DNA of 64,000 bases from Syntrophales bacterium (GTDB taxonomy: Bacteria; Desulfobacterota; Syntrophia; Syntrophales; PHBD01): positions 1,600,001 to 1,664,000 of the forward strand of contig OY764159.1 in assembly GCA_963668175.1 (NCBI GenBank). The letters are read 5' to 3'. The notes below the pieces were generated by a model. The model searched no databases. It saw only the letters and a list, made by a program, of their open reading frames with translations, and had not been told where the DNA came from. Position numbers and translations under genes: made by a program. This document shows positions 40,363 to 49,253 of the stretch, in pieces; within the stretch, counting starts at the first letter, position 1; the number at the start of each line of letters is the position of its first letter.

Positions 40363-42390
40363 CTACCGGGCGACCGCGATCTGTCGCACTTCTCCATGGA
40401 TATATTCGTACACCGCCTGCTGACGGCACGCCTCCATGCAGGCACCGCAGCCTATGCATCTGTCCGCGATAATGTAATGGGCCTGTTTCCGTTCGCCGAT
40501 GATGGCCTCGTTCGTACATTTTTTGCTGCACAGGGTACACCCGGTGCAGAGGGCCGGGTCGATGGCGAACGTCTTGAGGCCCCGGCAGACGCCGGCGGGA
40601 CAGTAGTTTTCCAGGATGTGGGCCTCGTATTCGTGGCGGAAAAAGCGCAGCGTGCTCAGAACCGGATTGGCCGCCGACTGGCCGAGACCGCACAACGAGG
40701 TCTCTTTGGTCGTCCGTCCCAGCTCTTCGAGGAAGAGCACGCTCTGGAAGCGTTCCAGCCGCTTGAGCTCGTCGCCAACCGGTTTTTCCGTGATGTTGGT
40801 CAGGATTTCGTGCATACGGATGGTTCCTTCCCGGCACGGAACGCATTTGCCGCAGGATTCGTTCCGGATGAACTCCATGAAGAATTTTGCGACGTCCACC
40901 ATGCAGGATCTTTCGTCCATGACGACCATGCCGCCGGAACCCATCATGGCGCCGAGCTGCTGCAGGGGCGCATAGTCGACGCGGACATCCATCTGCTTTT
41001 CGGGGATGCAGCCGCCGCTGGGGCCGCCGATTTGTACGGCCTTGATCTTGTGTCCGGGCAGGGCGCCGCCGCCGATGTCGTAGATGATTTTCTTGAGTTC
41101 GATGCCGATCGGGACCTCCACGAGTCCTGTGTTTTTAATGGCGCCGCTTAAGGCGAAAACTTTGGTCCCGGCACTGGGGCCGCCCGCAATGGCTTTGAAC
41201 CACGCGACGCCCTTGTCGGCGATCACGGGGACGTTGGCCAGCGTCTCCACGTTGTTGAGGACCGTCGGTTTGCCGTGAAGACCGCTGACGGCGGGAAAGG
41301 GCGGACGGTGCCGGGGCATGCCCCTGCCTCCTTCGATGCTGGCGAGAATGGCCGTCTCCTCGCCGCACACGAAAGCGCCGGCGCCCTGTTTGATCCGGAT
41401 ATCGAAAGAGAAAAGACTGTCGAGAATGTTGTGCCCGAGGAGGCCCGCCTGCCGGCACTGGTCGATTGCTTCCCGGAGCCGCACGAGGGCCAGGGGATAT
41501 TCGGCGCGGCAATAGATATAACCCTTGGAAGCGCCGATGGCGTAAGCCGCGATCAGCATACCTTCGAGAACCCGGAAGGGATCGCCTTCAAGGACCGCCC
41601 TGTCCATGAAGGCGCCGGGATCGCCTTCATCCGCGTTGCAGATGATGTATTTCTCGGCGCTGACGGTATCGTGGGCGACCCGCCATTTCTGGCCGGTGGG
41701 GAAGCCGGCGCCGCCGCGGCCGCGCAATCCCGAATCCAGGATGAGATCGCAGACCTCGGAAGGCGTCATTTCGTGCAGGACCTTGCCGGCCGCGCGGAAA
41801 GCGCCATGGGCCAGCGCCGCATCGAGGGTCGAGGGGTCGATGCGGCCGCAGTTATCGAGGACGACCTTGTTCTGGTATTTGAAAAAGGATACACTCTGAA
41901 CCAGAGGGACATCGGCCATGGAGCCGTCGGCATCGTCCCATCTGCCCAGCAGAAAGCGGTTCTTAGGATGGTTCCTGACGAAAACCTCGTCCAGGAGCTC
42001 GTCGATGTTGTCCGGCGTCAGATCGCAGTATGAGAGCCGCGGAGCCGCACCCTTCAGGATATCGACGAAGACTTCGCGCTGGCAGTAGCCGACACAGCCG
42101 ACCTCGACGATGGAGACCGGGATGGACCGATCGGCGAAGAAGGATCGCATCTTGTTCTTGATACGCATGGCGCCGTTTGCCAGTCCGCAGGTTCCGGTGC
42201 CGATGAATACGAGAAGGCCGTCGCCGCCCCTGCGGGCGGAGGCGAGGCGCTGCCGCCTTTCGCTGCGGCAGCTGTCATCCTGGTGGCAGAGGGGGCCTTC
42301 CGAGATACAGGGAATGAGCTGACGGCAGGGAGTGGCGGCTGTATGCGTACATCTGGCGCAGCAGGGTGAAATCAGGTTTATCGGTGTCAT
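40363..42390 (-). CDS. hydB: NADH/FMN-binding hydrogenase subunit (NuoF-like)
   Basis: GLRGRGGAGFPTG, NADEGDPGAFMDR, GAFVCGEET, GGPSGG, ESCGKCVPCREG, C-terminal 2x[4Fe-4S]. Confidence 0.93.
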   Translation of the reverse strand: MTPINLISPCCARCTHTAATPCRQLIPCISEGPLCHQDDSCRSERRQRLASARRGGDGLLVFIGTGTCGLANGAMRIKNKMRSFFADRSIPVSIVEVGCVGYCQREVFVDILKGAAPRLSYCDLTPDNIDELLDEVFVRNHPKNRFLLGRWDDADGSMADVPLVQSVSFFKYQNKVVLDNCGRIDPSTLDAALAHGAFRAAGKVLHEMTPSEVCDLILDSGLRGRGGAGFPTGQKWRVAHDTVSAEKYIICNADEGDPGAFMDRAVLEGDPFRVLEGMLIAAYAIGASKGYIYCRAEYPLALVRLREAIDQCRQAGLLGHNILDSLFSFDIRIKQGAGAFVCGEETAILASIEGGRGMPRHRPPFPAVSGLHGKPTVLNNVETLANVPVIADKGVAWFKAIAGGPSAGTKVFALSGAIKNTGLVEVPIGIELKKIIYDIGGGALPGHKIKAVQIGGPSGGCIPEKQMDVRVDYAPLQQLGAMMGSGGMVVMDERSCMVDVAKFFMEFIRNESCGKCVPCREGTIRMHEILTNITEKPVGDELKRLERFQSVLFLEELGRTTKETSLCGLGQSAANPVLSTLRFFRHEYEAHILENYCPAGVCRGLKTFAIDPALCTGCTLCSKKCTNEAIIGERKQAHYIIADRCIGCGACMEACRQQAVYEYIHGEVRQIAVAR

Positions 42391-42450
42391 GGTTCTCCTC
42401 CACGTTGATAAGCGTCGTCGGTCGGGTTGTTCGATACGTTGAACGGACCG

Positions 42451-42753
42451 TTACGTTTCTGAAGCGTCGAATGCTTGCGGCATTCGCCGCCGATTCCGAC
42501 TGCCGGCGTGTGTCTTGTTTTCGACAGGCAATACTCCGTTCGCCACGCCGCCGGTTTCCGCGCCGATGAAAGCAATGAGATCGCCGCCTCTCCTGCGGGC
42601 AGAAACGAGGCGCTGCCTTCTTTCGTCCCGGCAATTATCGTCCCGGTGACAGAGGGGGCCTTCCGAGATGCACGGAATCAAGAGACGGCACGGGGTGGCG
42701 GCTGCGTGCGTACATCGCGTGCAGCAGGGTGAAATCAGGCCTGCCGGTATCAT
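42451..42753 (-). CDS. Cys-rich small protein, paralogous to the HydB N-terminus (or duplication remnant)
   Basis: LISPCCTRCTH...PCISEGPLCH near-identical to first ~74 aa of HydB; ATGA overlap with hydC stop. Confidence 0.6.
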   Translation of the reverse strand: MIPAGLISPCCTRCTHAAATPCRLLIPCISEGPLCHRDDNCRDERRQRLVSARRRGGDLIAFIGAETGGVANGVLPVENKTHAGSRNRRRMPQAFDASET

Positions 42754-43238
42754 GCTTCGTCTCCGCACTGACCGGCGGCGTCAATCGGACGGTTCAAGGC
42801 GTCGAGCAGGTTGTCGAGTTTCTGCAATGTCAAATGTCCATGGAATTCGCCGTCGATCCTGACGACGGGTGCAATCGAACAGGCGCCGAGGCAGGCCACG
42901 GTGACGACGGAAAACTTTCCGTCGGCTGAATTACCCGTGGGGCTCAATTGCAGACGCCGTTTAAGATGCTCGAAGATGGCAAAGCTGCCCTTGACATGGC
43001 AGGCCGTGCCGCGGCATATTTCGACGACATGTTCGCCGAGAGGCGCAAAACGAAACTGCTTATAAAAGGTCGCAACGCCGTAGACCCTGCTGACGGGTAT
43101 GTCGAATTTGAAAGACAGCTCCTCCATGGCCTCGGTAGAAAGATATCCGTTTTCCGCCTGCACGTCCTGCAGAACCGGGATCAGGCTGTCCGGAGAAAGC
43201 GCTCCGTGTTCAGCGAGAACGTCTTCAATTGAACGCAT
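42750..43238 (-). CDS. hydC: [2Fe-2S] hydrogenase subunit (NuoE-like)
   Basis: YGVATFY, CRGTACHVKG, CLGACSIAP. Confidence 0.93.
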   Translation of the reverse strand: MRSIEDVLAEHGALSPDSLIPVLQDVQAENGYLSTEAMEELSFKFDIPVSRVYGVATFYKQFRFAPLGEHVVEICRGTACHVKGSFAIFEHLKRRLQLSPTGNSADGKFSVVTVACLGACSIAPVVRIDGEFHGHLTLQKLDNLLDALNRPIDAAGQCGDEA

Positions 43239-43692
43239 AGCGATTCTCCTGCTGCGCTTCCACATCGGTCTGTGCGGTTCTGCCCCTGGCCGCAAGAATT
43301 GCGCTGATCTTCTCGGCAAGCACCTTGAGCTCGATCGGTTTTTCCAGATATTCGTCCGCCGGCCAGTCCTGCCCGAGGACAAACTGGAAATTGTCCATTT
43401 TCTCCTGCAGGTGCTGTGAAAATCCCGAAACGATGATGATGGGAATCTTTTGCGTGGCGTTGTTTTGGCGCAGTTTGTACGCAAGGTTGAAACCCTCTGC
43501 GTCATAGTCCATCATGATGTCGAGGACGATCAGGTCGGTATTGCCACGGGCGATCTTTTCCCATCCCTCCGCGCCGTTGCCGGCCGTCTCGACGGAATAG
43601 CCCCGTCTCTCCAGGAAAATCTTCGTGCATTGGACAAAATCTTTGTCGTCGTCGATGAGTAGAATGTTACCTTTTGCCGTCTCCATGGTCAT
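43225..43692 (-). CDS. Single-domain response regulator
   Basis: LIDDD, LDIMM, VSG, EKP; AGGAGG RBS. Confidence 0.88.
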   Translation of the reverse strand: MTMETAKGNILLIDDDKDFVQCTKIFLERRGYSVETAGNGAEGWEKIARGNTDLIVLDIMMDYDAEGFNLAYKLRQNNATQKIPIIIVSGFSQHLQEKMDNFQFVLGQDWPADEYLEKPIELKVLAEKISAILAARGRTAQTDVEAQQENRYAFN

Positions 43693-43743
43693 TCCTCCTT
43701 CTGCTGGTTTACAACTTAACTACATTACATGTTATCGTTTACA

Positions 43744-43761
43744 CAGTGAAATATTTCACAA
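43744..43761. promoter_or_regulatory. Rex operator
   Basis: CAGTGAAATATTTCACAA vs consensus TTGTGAAnnnnTTCACAA (12 of 14 defined positions). Confidence 0.8.
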
Positions 43762-43787
43762 TACATTCCGACAAAAAGCGCATCACC

Positions 43788-44441
43788 CTAAAATCCTCCA
43801 AAATGGTAAAGAAACGAAAGCTTCTCCATCTTGGCGGAAATATCTATATTTTCAGTATATACGCCTTTCAGCTCAGGCAGCTGCTTCGGCACGAAATTCA
43901 GGATACCGCGAACCCCCGCCTTGCTGAGACGATGGGCCAGACCGATGAGCGACTCCGGACCGCAGGCCAGAACGGCGATCGTCACATTAAACTCGGGCAG
44001 AACCTGCTCGAGTTCCTGCTCATGGTAACAGCGCCTGCCCGCCAGGACCCGTCCGACCTTATCGGGATCGACATCGAACACGACGGCAATGCGGAAACCG
44101 CGCTCTTCAAAACCCCGGTAGTACAGCAATGCCCGGCCGAGGTTGCCGGCGCCGAAGAGGGCCACGTTCTGCAGGGTGTCGGTGCCCAGAAGCTTGCTGA
44201 TCGTGAGGATCATGGCGTGAACGGGATAGCCCTTCGATATATTGCCGAACGACCCGAAGGTCGCCAGGTCCCTGCGAAGCTGCGCGGAGCCGACGTGGAC
44301 CAATTCGGCCAGCTGGTGAGAGTAGACATATTCGACGCCGTTTCGGTGAAGTTCTTCGAGGACCTTCCTATATACGCTCAGACGTTCAACCGTCTGGAGG
44401 GAAATTCTTTTGCCAGTATTTTCTATTGCCTTGCTTTTCAT
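43788..44441 (-). CDS. rex: Redox-sensing transcriptional repressor Rex
   Basis: RLSVY, QLRRDLATFG, GY, GAGNLG, FDVD, GILNF. Confidence 0.93.
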   Translation of the reverse strand: MKSKAIENTGKRISLQTVERLSVYRKVLEELHRNGVEYVYSHQLAELVHVGSAQLRRDLATFGSFGNISKGYPVHAMILTISKLLGTDTLQNVALFGAGNLGRALLYYRGFEERGFRIAVVFDVDPDKVGRVLAGRRCYHEQELEQVLPEFNVTIAVLACGPESLIGLAHRLSKAGVRGILNFVPKQLPELKGVYTENIDISAKMEKLSFLYHFGGF

Positions 44442-44475
44442 GTTCTTGCCCGTGTTTTTGAACTCGTTATGTTGG

Positions 44476-44493
44476 CTGTTATTATATTCACAG
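44476..44493. promoter_or_regulatory. Possible weaker Rex site upstream of rex
   Basis: CTGTTATTATATTCACAG, 10/14 consensus positions. Confidence 0.4.
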
Positions 44494-44697
44494 CTCAGTT
44501 TCTGTCAACAAAAAAATTGAATTTAACTGAAGAAATTTGTGTTCAATAGCATAAACAAGTACTTAGGATATGTTTGGCCGCCGTGGAGCGGAAAGGAACG
44601 TCCGGGGGATGTTTGTGAACGGATGATCAGCTCCTCGGTAAAGGGATGTTCTGTGTCAATGAGGGAATGGCGCGCGGTATCGGCGCATATGCCTTGA

Positions 44698-45681
44698 TTA
44701 CGTTGCCGGTCTGTTCCGGCGCGGGTTCAGGGGGGTATTGGCGGCGTAAAGCGGCGCTTCGCCCCGGGCGTAGCGGGTGATGTTTTCGGCGCAGCCCTTT
44801 GCGGTACCGTCGTAGGAAACGTCCGTCACGCCGGCGATGTGAGGTGTCGCGACGACGTTTTGCCGGAGAAGGGGATGGTGCGGGTCGACGGGTTCCTCCG
44901 CGAAGACGTCGAGGCCTGCTCCCGCCAGCCGGCCGTTCTGAAGCGCTGCGAGGAGCGCTTCATGGTCGACGAGGCCGCCGCGGGCGACGTTGATCAGGAA
45001 GGCCCCGGGCTTGGCTGCGGCCAGGACCGTCTTGCCGATCAGGTGGCGGAGCCCGGCGTGGTAATTGATACAGACGGCGATGTAATCCGCCCCGGCGACG
45101 GCCAGCGGCAAGTCCTCCAGGGTATGGATCGCATCGATCCTGACGCCGTCGGGCATCGACCTGTGAGCATGATCGTCCGCCACGATGAGCCGCATGCCGC
45201 AAGCGCCGAGGCGGACGGCGAGGGCCGTTCCGATATTGCCCATGCCCACGATGCAGGCCGTTTTGCCGAGCAGCGCCGCTCCCAGCGGGACGCCGACGCT
45301 GCGGCTCGCCAGGGCCTGCGCGCAATCCGCCATTTTACGCGAGAGGGTGAGCATGAGGAGCATGGCGTGTTCTGCTACGGAGGCGGCATTGCCGGACACG
45401 GAACCGGGAACGCGCGCGACCCAGACTCCGGACCGGGTGGCCGCTTCGATATCCACGGTATCGAGGCCGACGCCGAACTGCTGGATCAGGCCGAAGTTTC
45501 CTCGTTCGATCAGCGCCGCGTCAATGCGGGCGATGGCCGGGATGACGACGTCGACGCCGTCCAGACTGCGGGCGATGTCCGTCTCGGCACAAACGATGAA
45601 TTCATGGCCCGACTCGGACAAGCGGGTTGCGAGTCTTTGCCTGGCTTCCGGAAATGTCTCTCCGCAATAGAGGACTTTCAT
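44698..45681 (-). CDS. D-isomer-specific 2-hydroxyacid dehydrogenase
   Basis: GMGNIG, INVARG, LDVFAEEP, TPHIAG. Confidence 0.9.
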   Translation of the reverse strand: MKVLYCGETFPEARQRLATRLSESGHEFIVCAETDIARSLDGVDVVIPAIARIDAALIERGNFGLIQQFGVGLDTVDIEAATRSGVWVARVPGSVSGNAASVAEHAMLLMLTLSRKMADCAQALASRSVGVPLGAALLGKTACIVGMGNIGTALAVRLGACGMRLIVADDHAHRSMPDGVRIDAIHTLEDLPLAVAGADYIAVCINYHAGLRHLIGKTVLAAAKPGAFLINVARGGLVDHEALLAALQNGRLAGAGLDVFAEEPVDPHHPLLRQNVVATPHIAGVTDVSYDGTAKGCAENITRYARGEAPLYAANTPLNPRRNRPAT

Positions 45682-45782
45682 AAACGGGGTCCTTTGTCGA
45701 TGCTGAAGCAATAGGCGGTACAACCTGGGCGCACGTTCCGGCGCCTGTGCTGCGAACCGCCGTTGCGGCCTGCTGCGCATCC

Positions 45783-46502
45783 TTACATTTTTCTGTAGAT
45801 CCGCTCGGGCACGATCTTGAGGAACCAGGCAATCAGACGCCAGCGCTTCGTGATATAGGCGACAGCTTCCTTTCTTTTGATCGCGGCAAAAATCTGCCGG
45901 GCCGCCTTCTCCGGCGGGGCGATCCAGAAGAGGCCTTCCCCTTTGGACATGGCCGTCTTGACGAATCCCGGCTTAATGTCGGTGACGGTGATGGGCAGCT
46001 TGAGCCTTGCCGTTTTCTGCCTCAAGCCTTCCAGGTAGTTGGAGTCGAAGGCCTTCGACGCGTTGTAGGCGGGGGATATTCTCCCGCCGCGGAGTGCCGC
46101 AATCGACGAGACGCCGACCAGGTGCCCCGAGCCTTTCTTTATAAAATGGTGGATTGCGACATTCGCCAGGGCGGCGAAACCCTCGACATTGATCCTGATG
46201 ATGTCGCTCTCCATGCGCCATTCGAGGTTGCGGTTCAATTCCCCCGTACCGGCGCTGATCACGATAAGATCGACGCCGCCCATCTCTTCGATGAAGTCCG
46301 TGAGCGACGCCATCGCCGGTGCCGCCTCCGCGACATCAATGGCTTTGACACGGACACTTTCTCCCAGATCGGTCCGCAGTTCCTTTAAAAGGTCCATCCG
46401 CCGGGCCATGACGCCGACCGTATATCCGTCGCCGGATAGAAGCTTCGCCAGTTCCCTTCCCATCCCGGAACTGGCGCCGATCACTATGGCTTTTTGGGTC
46501 AT
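45783..46502 (-). CDS. Short-chain dehydrogenase/reductase
   Basis: GASSGMG, YNASK, PGFVKT. Confidence 0.9.
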   Translation of the reverse strand: MTQKAIVIGASSGMGRELAKLLSGDGYTVGVMARRMDLLKELRTDLGESVRVKAIDVAEAAPAMASLTDFIEEMGGVDLIVISAGTGELNRNLEWRMESDIIRINVEGFAALANVAIHHFIKKGSGHLVGVSSIAALRGGRISPAYNASKAFDSNYLEGLRQKTARLKLPITVTDIKPGFVKTAMSKGEGLFWIAPPEKAARQIFAAIKRKEAVAYITKRWRLIAWFLKIVPERIYRKM

Positions 46503-46532
46503 ATGCGTTTCCTGTCGAAATGTAATGACATT

Positions 46533-46841
46533 CTACCAGCCGTCCTTCATATCGCCGGCTCCTTCGACGAACAATAGCCGGCGGTCGAGAGCCGCGTTTC
46601 GGTATTTGAGCGCCTCCGCATACTCGGGCGAGGCGTACCATTCATGGATCTTCTGCAGGGAGGGAAACTCGACGACGACGAACCGCCGTACCGTTGCCTC
46701 TCCCTCGACGACTTCGGCCTCGGCGGCCCGCACCAGGTAGCGGCCCCCGTAGACGGCGATCGATTCAGCGGCGATCCGCCGGTATTGATCGGCCGCCGCT
46801 TCGTTTAATATCTCAACCTCCGAAATGACATATGCAGGCAT
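46533..46841 (-). CDS. DUF1330-family protein
   Basis: YGGRYLVR, VVVEFPS..WYASPEY. Confidence 0.85.
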   Translation of the reverse strand: MPAYVISEVEILNEAAADQYRRIAAESIAVYGGRYLVRAAEAEVVEGEATVRRFVVVEFPSLQKIHEWYASPEYAEALKYRNAALDRRLLFVEGAGDMKDGW

Positions 46842-46859
46842 ACGCGCCGTCGGGCCCTC

Positions 46860-47174
46860 CTATTTCGGCGTTCTCTTTTTCAGTTTTTTGAAGGCGTCTT
46901 CGACCATTTTCAACCGGTTTTCGACTTTCCTGACGGCGCTTTCCAGGGTGAATCCTTCTTCCAGCAACTCCTTGATGAGCAGCATCTTCTTAATGGTCTT
47001 GTAATCGAACCGTCTGGTCGTCGTCTTTCCCATGACGGATGCGATATAGCCCTTCGCCTCCCAGTACCGGATCTGCCGCTGGGGGATGTCCGTGATCTCG
47101 GAAACCTCGCCGATGCCGACGATCAGCTTGCTCAAAAAGTCCGTATCGCTCTGAAAGTCTTTCTTATCGTCCAT
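46860..47174 (-). CDS. Short MerR-family HTH regulator
   Basis: IGEVSEITDIPQRQIRYWE, EGFTL. Confidence 0.85.
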   Translation of the reverse strand: MDDKKDFQSDTDFLSKLIVGIGEVSEITDIPQRQIRYWEAKGYIASVMGKTTTRRFDYKTIKKMLLIKELLEEGFTLESAVRKVENRLKMVEDAFKKLKKRTPK

Positions 47175-47180
47175 TATTTT

Positions 47181-47209
47181 ATTATGGACGTCCCGGCTGC
47201 CGTTGTCAA
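47181..47209 (-). promoter_or_regulatory. Sigma70 promoter immediately before the merR-type start codon
   Basis: TTGACA-17 nt-CATAAT-6 nt-ATG on minus strand. Confidence 0.6.
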
Positions 47210-47225
47210 TTAGATATTTATCGTG

Positions 47226-47259
47226 TTGACAAATTAAAATAATTGTAATTTAATTACAA
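47226..47259 (+). promoter_or_regulatory. Promoter and palindromic operator for the MFS gene
   Basis: TTGACA at 47226; TTGTAATT-T-AATTACAA perfect 8-bp inverted repeat at 47243-47259. Confidence 0.6.
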
Positions 47260-47308
47260 ACAATGAAACTAAAATACTGAAGGAGGTAAGCGGCTCGGCC
47301 GCGATACG

Positions 47309-48526
47309 ATGACAGAAGGAATCGCAGTGGAAGGCGGAAAAACAGAAGAGACGATGAACAGGGACCGGCAGCAGATACTGGCGGCACCGCTGGTGCTGCT
47401 CCTGGCGACGGCCACGGGCCTTGCCGTCGCCAGCATTTACTACGCGCAGCCCCTTCTGGAAGAGATGCGCGCGGCCCTCGGGATGACCGTGGCCTATGCA
47501 GGTCTGATTGTTACGGCCTCCCAGCTCGGTTATGCCGCGGGCCTTGTCCTGCTTGTGCCGCTGGGCGATCTCCTCGAACGCCGGAATCTGGTCTCCGTTA
47601 TGGCCATCGGCATCGCGGCGGGACTTGCGGTCATCGGTTTTGCCCCCAATGCGCCGGTCCTGCTTGCCGCGTCGGCAGCCTTGGGGGCGATGTCCGTCGT
47701 GGCCCAGATTCTCGTCGCTTTTTCGGCTGACCTTGCCGGGGCGGAAGAGCGCGGCCGAGTGGTGGGGACCGTCATGAGCGGCCTTCTCCTGGGTGTGCTC
47801 CTGGCGCGGACCGTGGCCGGAGTGCTCGCCCATGCGGCGGGCTGGCGCGTCGTCTTCTGGCTGGCGGCCGCCGTCATGCTCTCCATTGCCGTCGCCATGT
47901 ACCGGGGGCTGCCGCTTCGCGCGCCCTCGGCGAAGTCGGGCTATTTCGACCTCCTGCGATCGATCCTGCAACTTTTCAGGGAAGAGCCGGTGCTGCGCCT
48001 GAGGGCCGTTTACGGCGCCTTCGCATTTGCCACATTCAGCGTGCTCTGGACGCCGCTTGCGTTTCTGCTCTCCAAACCGCCGTTCGCTTACCCGCCCGGC
48101 GTCATCGGCCTTTTCGGCCTCGCCGGCATTGCCGGCGCCGGCGCTGCGTCGGCGGCCGGCCGCCTCGCCGACCGCGGCCTGTCGGGGTTTACAACGACAG
48201 CAGCCATGGCGATCATCTTCGTTTCGTGGATACCGGTCTGGCTGGGGCGAGAGAATGTCTGGTTTTTGATAGCCGGGATCGTCTTTCTCGACTTCGGCGT
48301 CCAGGCCCTCCACATCACCAACCAAAGCGAGATCTATCGCCTGCGCCCGGAGGCGCGGAGCCGCCTGACGTCCTCGTATATGTCGTCGTTTTTCGCGGGC
48401 GGCGTTGTCGGCTCGTCGCTCGCGTCCGTGGTCTATGCGGAAGCGGGATGGACGGGGGTCTGTATCCTGGGGGCGGTCCTCGGATGCGCGGCCCTGGTCA
48501 TCCGGACTGTGAAGCAAAAAGGCTGA
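47309..48526 (+). CDS. MFS transporter
   Basis: ~12 hydrophobic segments, PLGDLLERR, GRLADRG; alternative start 47354. Confidence 0.9.
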   Translation: MTEGIAVEGGKTEETMNRDRQQILAAPLVLLLATATGLAVASIYYAQPLLEEMRAALGMTVAYAGLIVTASQLGYAAGLVLLVPLGDLLERRNLVSVMAIGIAAGLAVIGFAPNAPVLLAASAALGAMSVVAQILVAFSADLAGAEERGRVVGTVMSGLLLGVLLARTVAGVLAHAAGWRVVFWLAAAVMLSIAVAMYRGLPLRAPSAKSGYFDLLRSILQLFREEPVLRLRAVYGAFAFATFSVLWTPLAFLLSKPPFAYPPGVIGLFGLAGIAGAGAASAAGRLADRGLSGFTTTAAMAIIFVSWIPVWLGRENVWFLIAGIVFLDFGVQALHITNQSEIYRLRPEARSRLTSSYMSSFFAGGVVGSSLASVVYAEAGWTGVCILGAVLGCAALVIRTVKQKG

Positions 48527-48557
48527 ATGAACGCTCGGATGCGGCGGATGGGGCAGG

Positions 48558-49253
48558 CTATTGTATCTGACGGCCTTCGATGAATTGCTGCTCCTGATCC
48601 TTGTTGAAACTGCCGTGGTATTTGCCGTAGGGCAGAGGGCCGAGAGCCCTGCGGTTCGCGTTTCTGGCATGGGGCACATAGTCCGCCGCCGCCGAGTTGA
48701 CGGCGGTGACGATCGCCTTGGCGATCAGGCCGGCCACGCCGCCGCCCGTATTGCCCCCGGAGAGATCGACCACGACATGGCCCCTTCTCTTCCAGAGGAC
48801 CCGGTCGGTCTTGGTCGATTTGAGCTCAAAGTCGATGGTGACCGTGAGGCTGGCCGCCAGAACAAGGTAGGACAGGTCCCACCGCTTGATCGTGGTAAAC
48901 ATGACGGCGTCGGCTCCGAAATATTCGCGGAATTTGACGAGGGGCGTGTTTCTCAGAAGCTCCGTGTCGTAGATGCCCTCCATCTTCAAAAGCTCGGAAG
49001 TCACTTCATAGGGGAGAACATAATAGCCGTAGTATGAAAACGGTTCGGTGATCGTCGTCGCGTAGTATTCCTTGGCATCGGCGGCCGTCGATTCGTTGAT
49101 GGGCGGAAGGATCAAAATGGCGACCGGGGCCTCTTCGTACATCAGCGGATAGGCCTTGCTCTTGCTGACCGTCTTCGGCGCGCAGCCGGCAAAGAAAAGA
49201 AACGCGGCGCCCAGAACGACAATCGCCATGGTCCTGCCGAGCGTCTTATTCAT
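48558..49253 (-). CDS. DUF799/GNA1162-family lipoprotein
   Basis: Lipobox FAGC, ILILPPINES, GYYVLP, FGADAV; in CsgG operon. Confidence 0.8.
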   Translation of the reverse strand: MNKTLGRTMAIVVLGAAFLFFAGCAPKTVSKSKAYPLMYEEAPVAILILPPINESTAADAKEYYATTITEPFSYYGYYVLPYEVTSELLKMEGIYDTELLRNTPLVKFREYFGADAVMFTTIKRWDLSYLVLAASLTVTIDFELKSTKTDRVLWKRRGHVVVDLSGGNTGGGVAGLIAKAIVTAVNSAAADYVPHARNANRRALGPLPYGKYHGSFNKDQEQQFIEGRQIQ

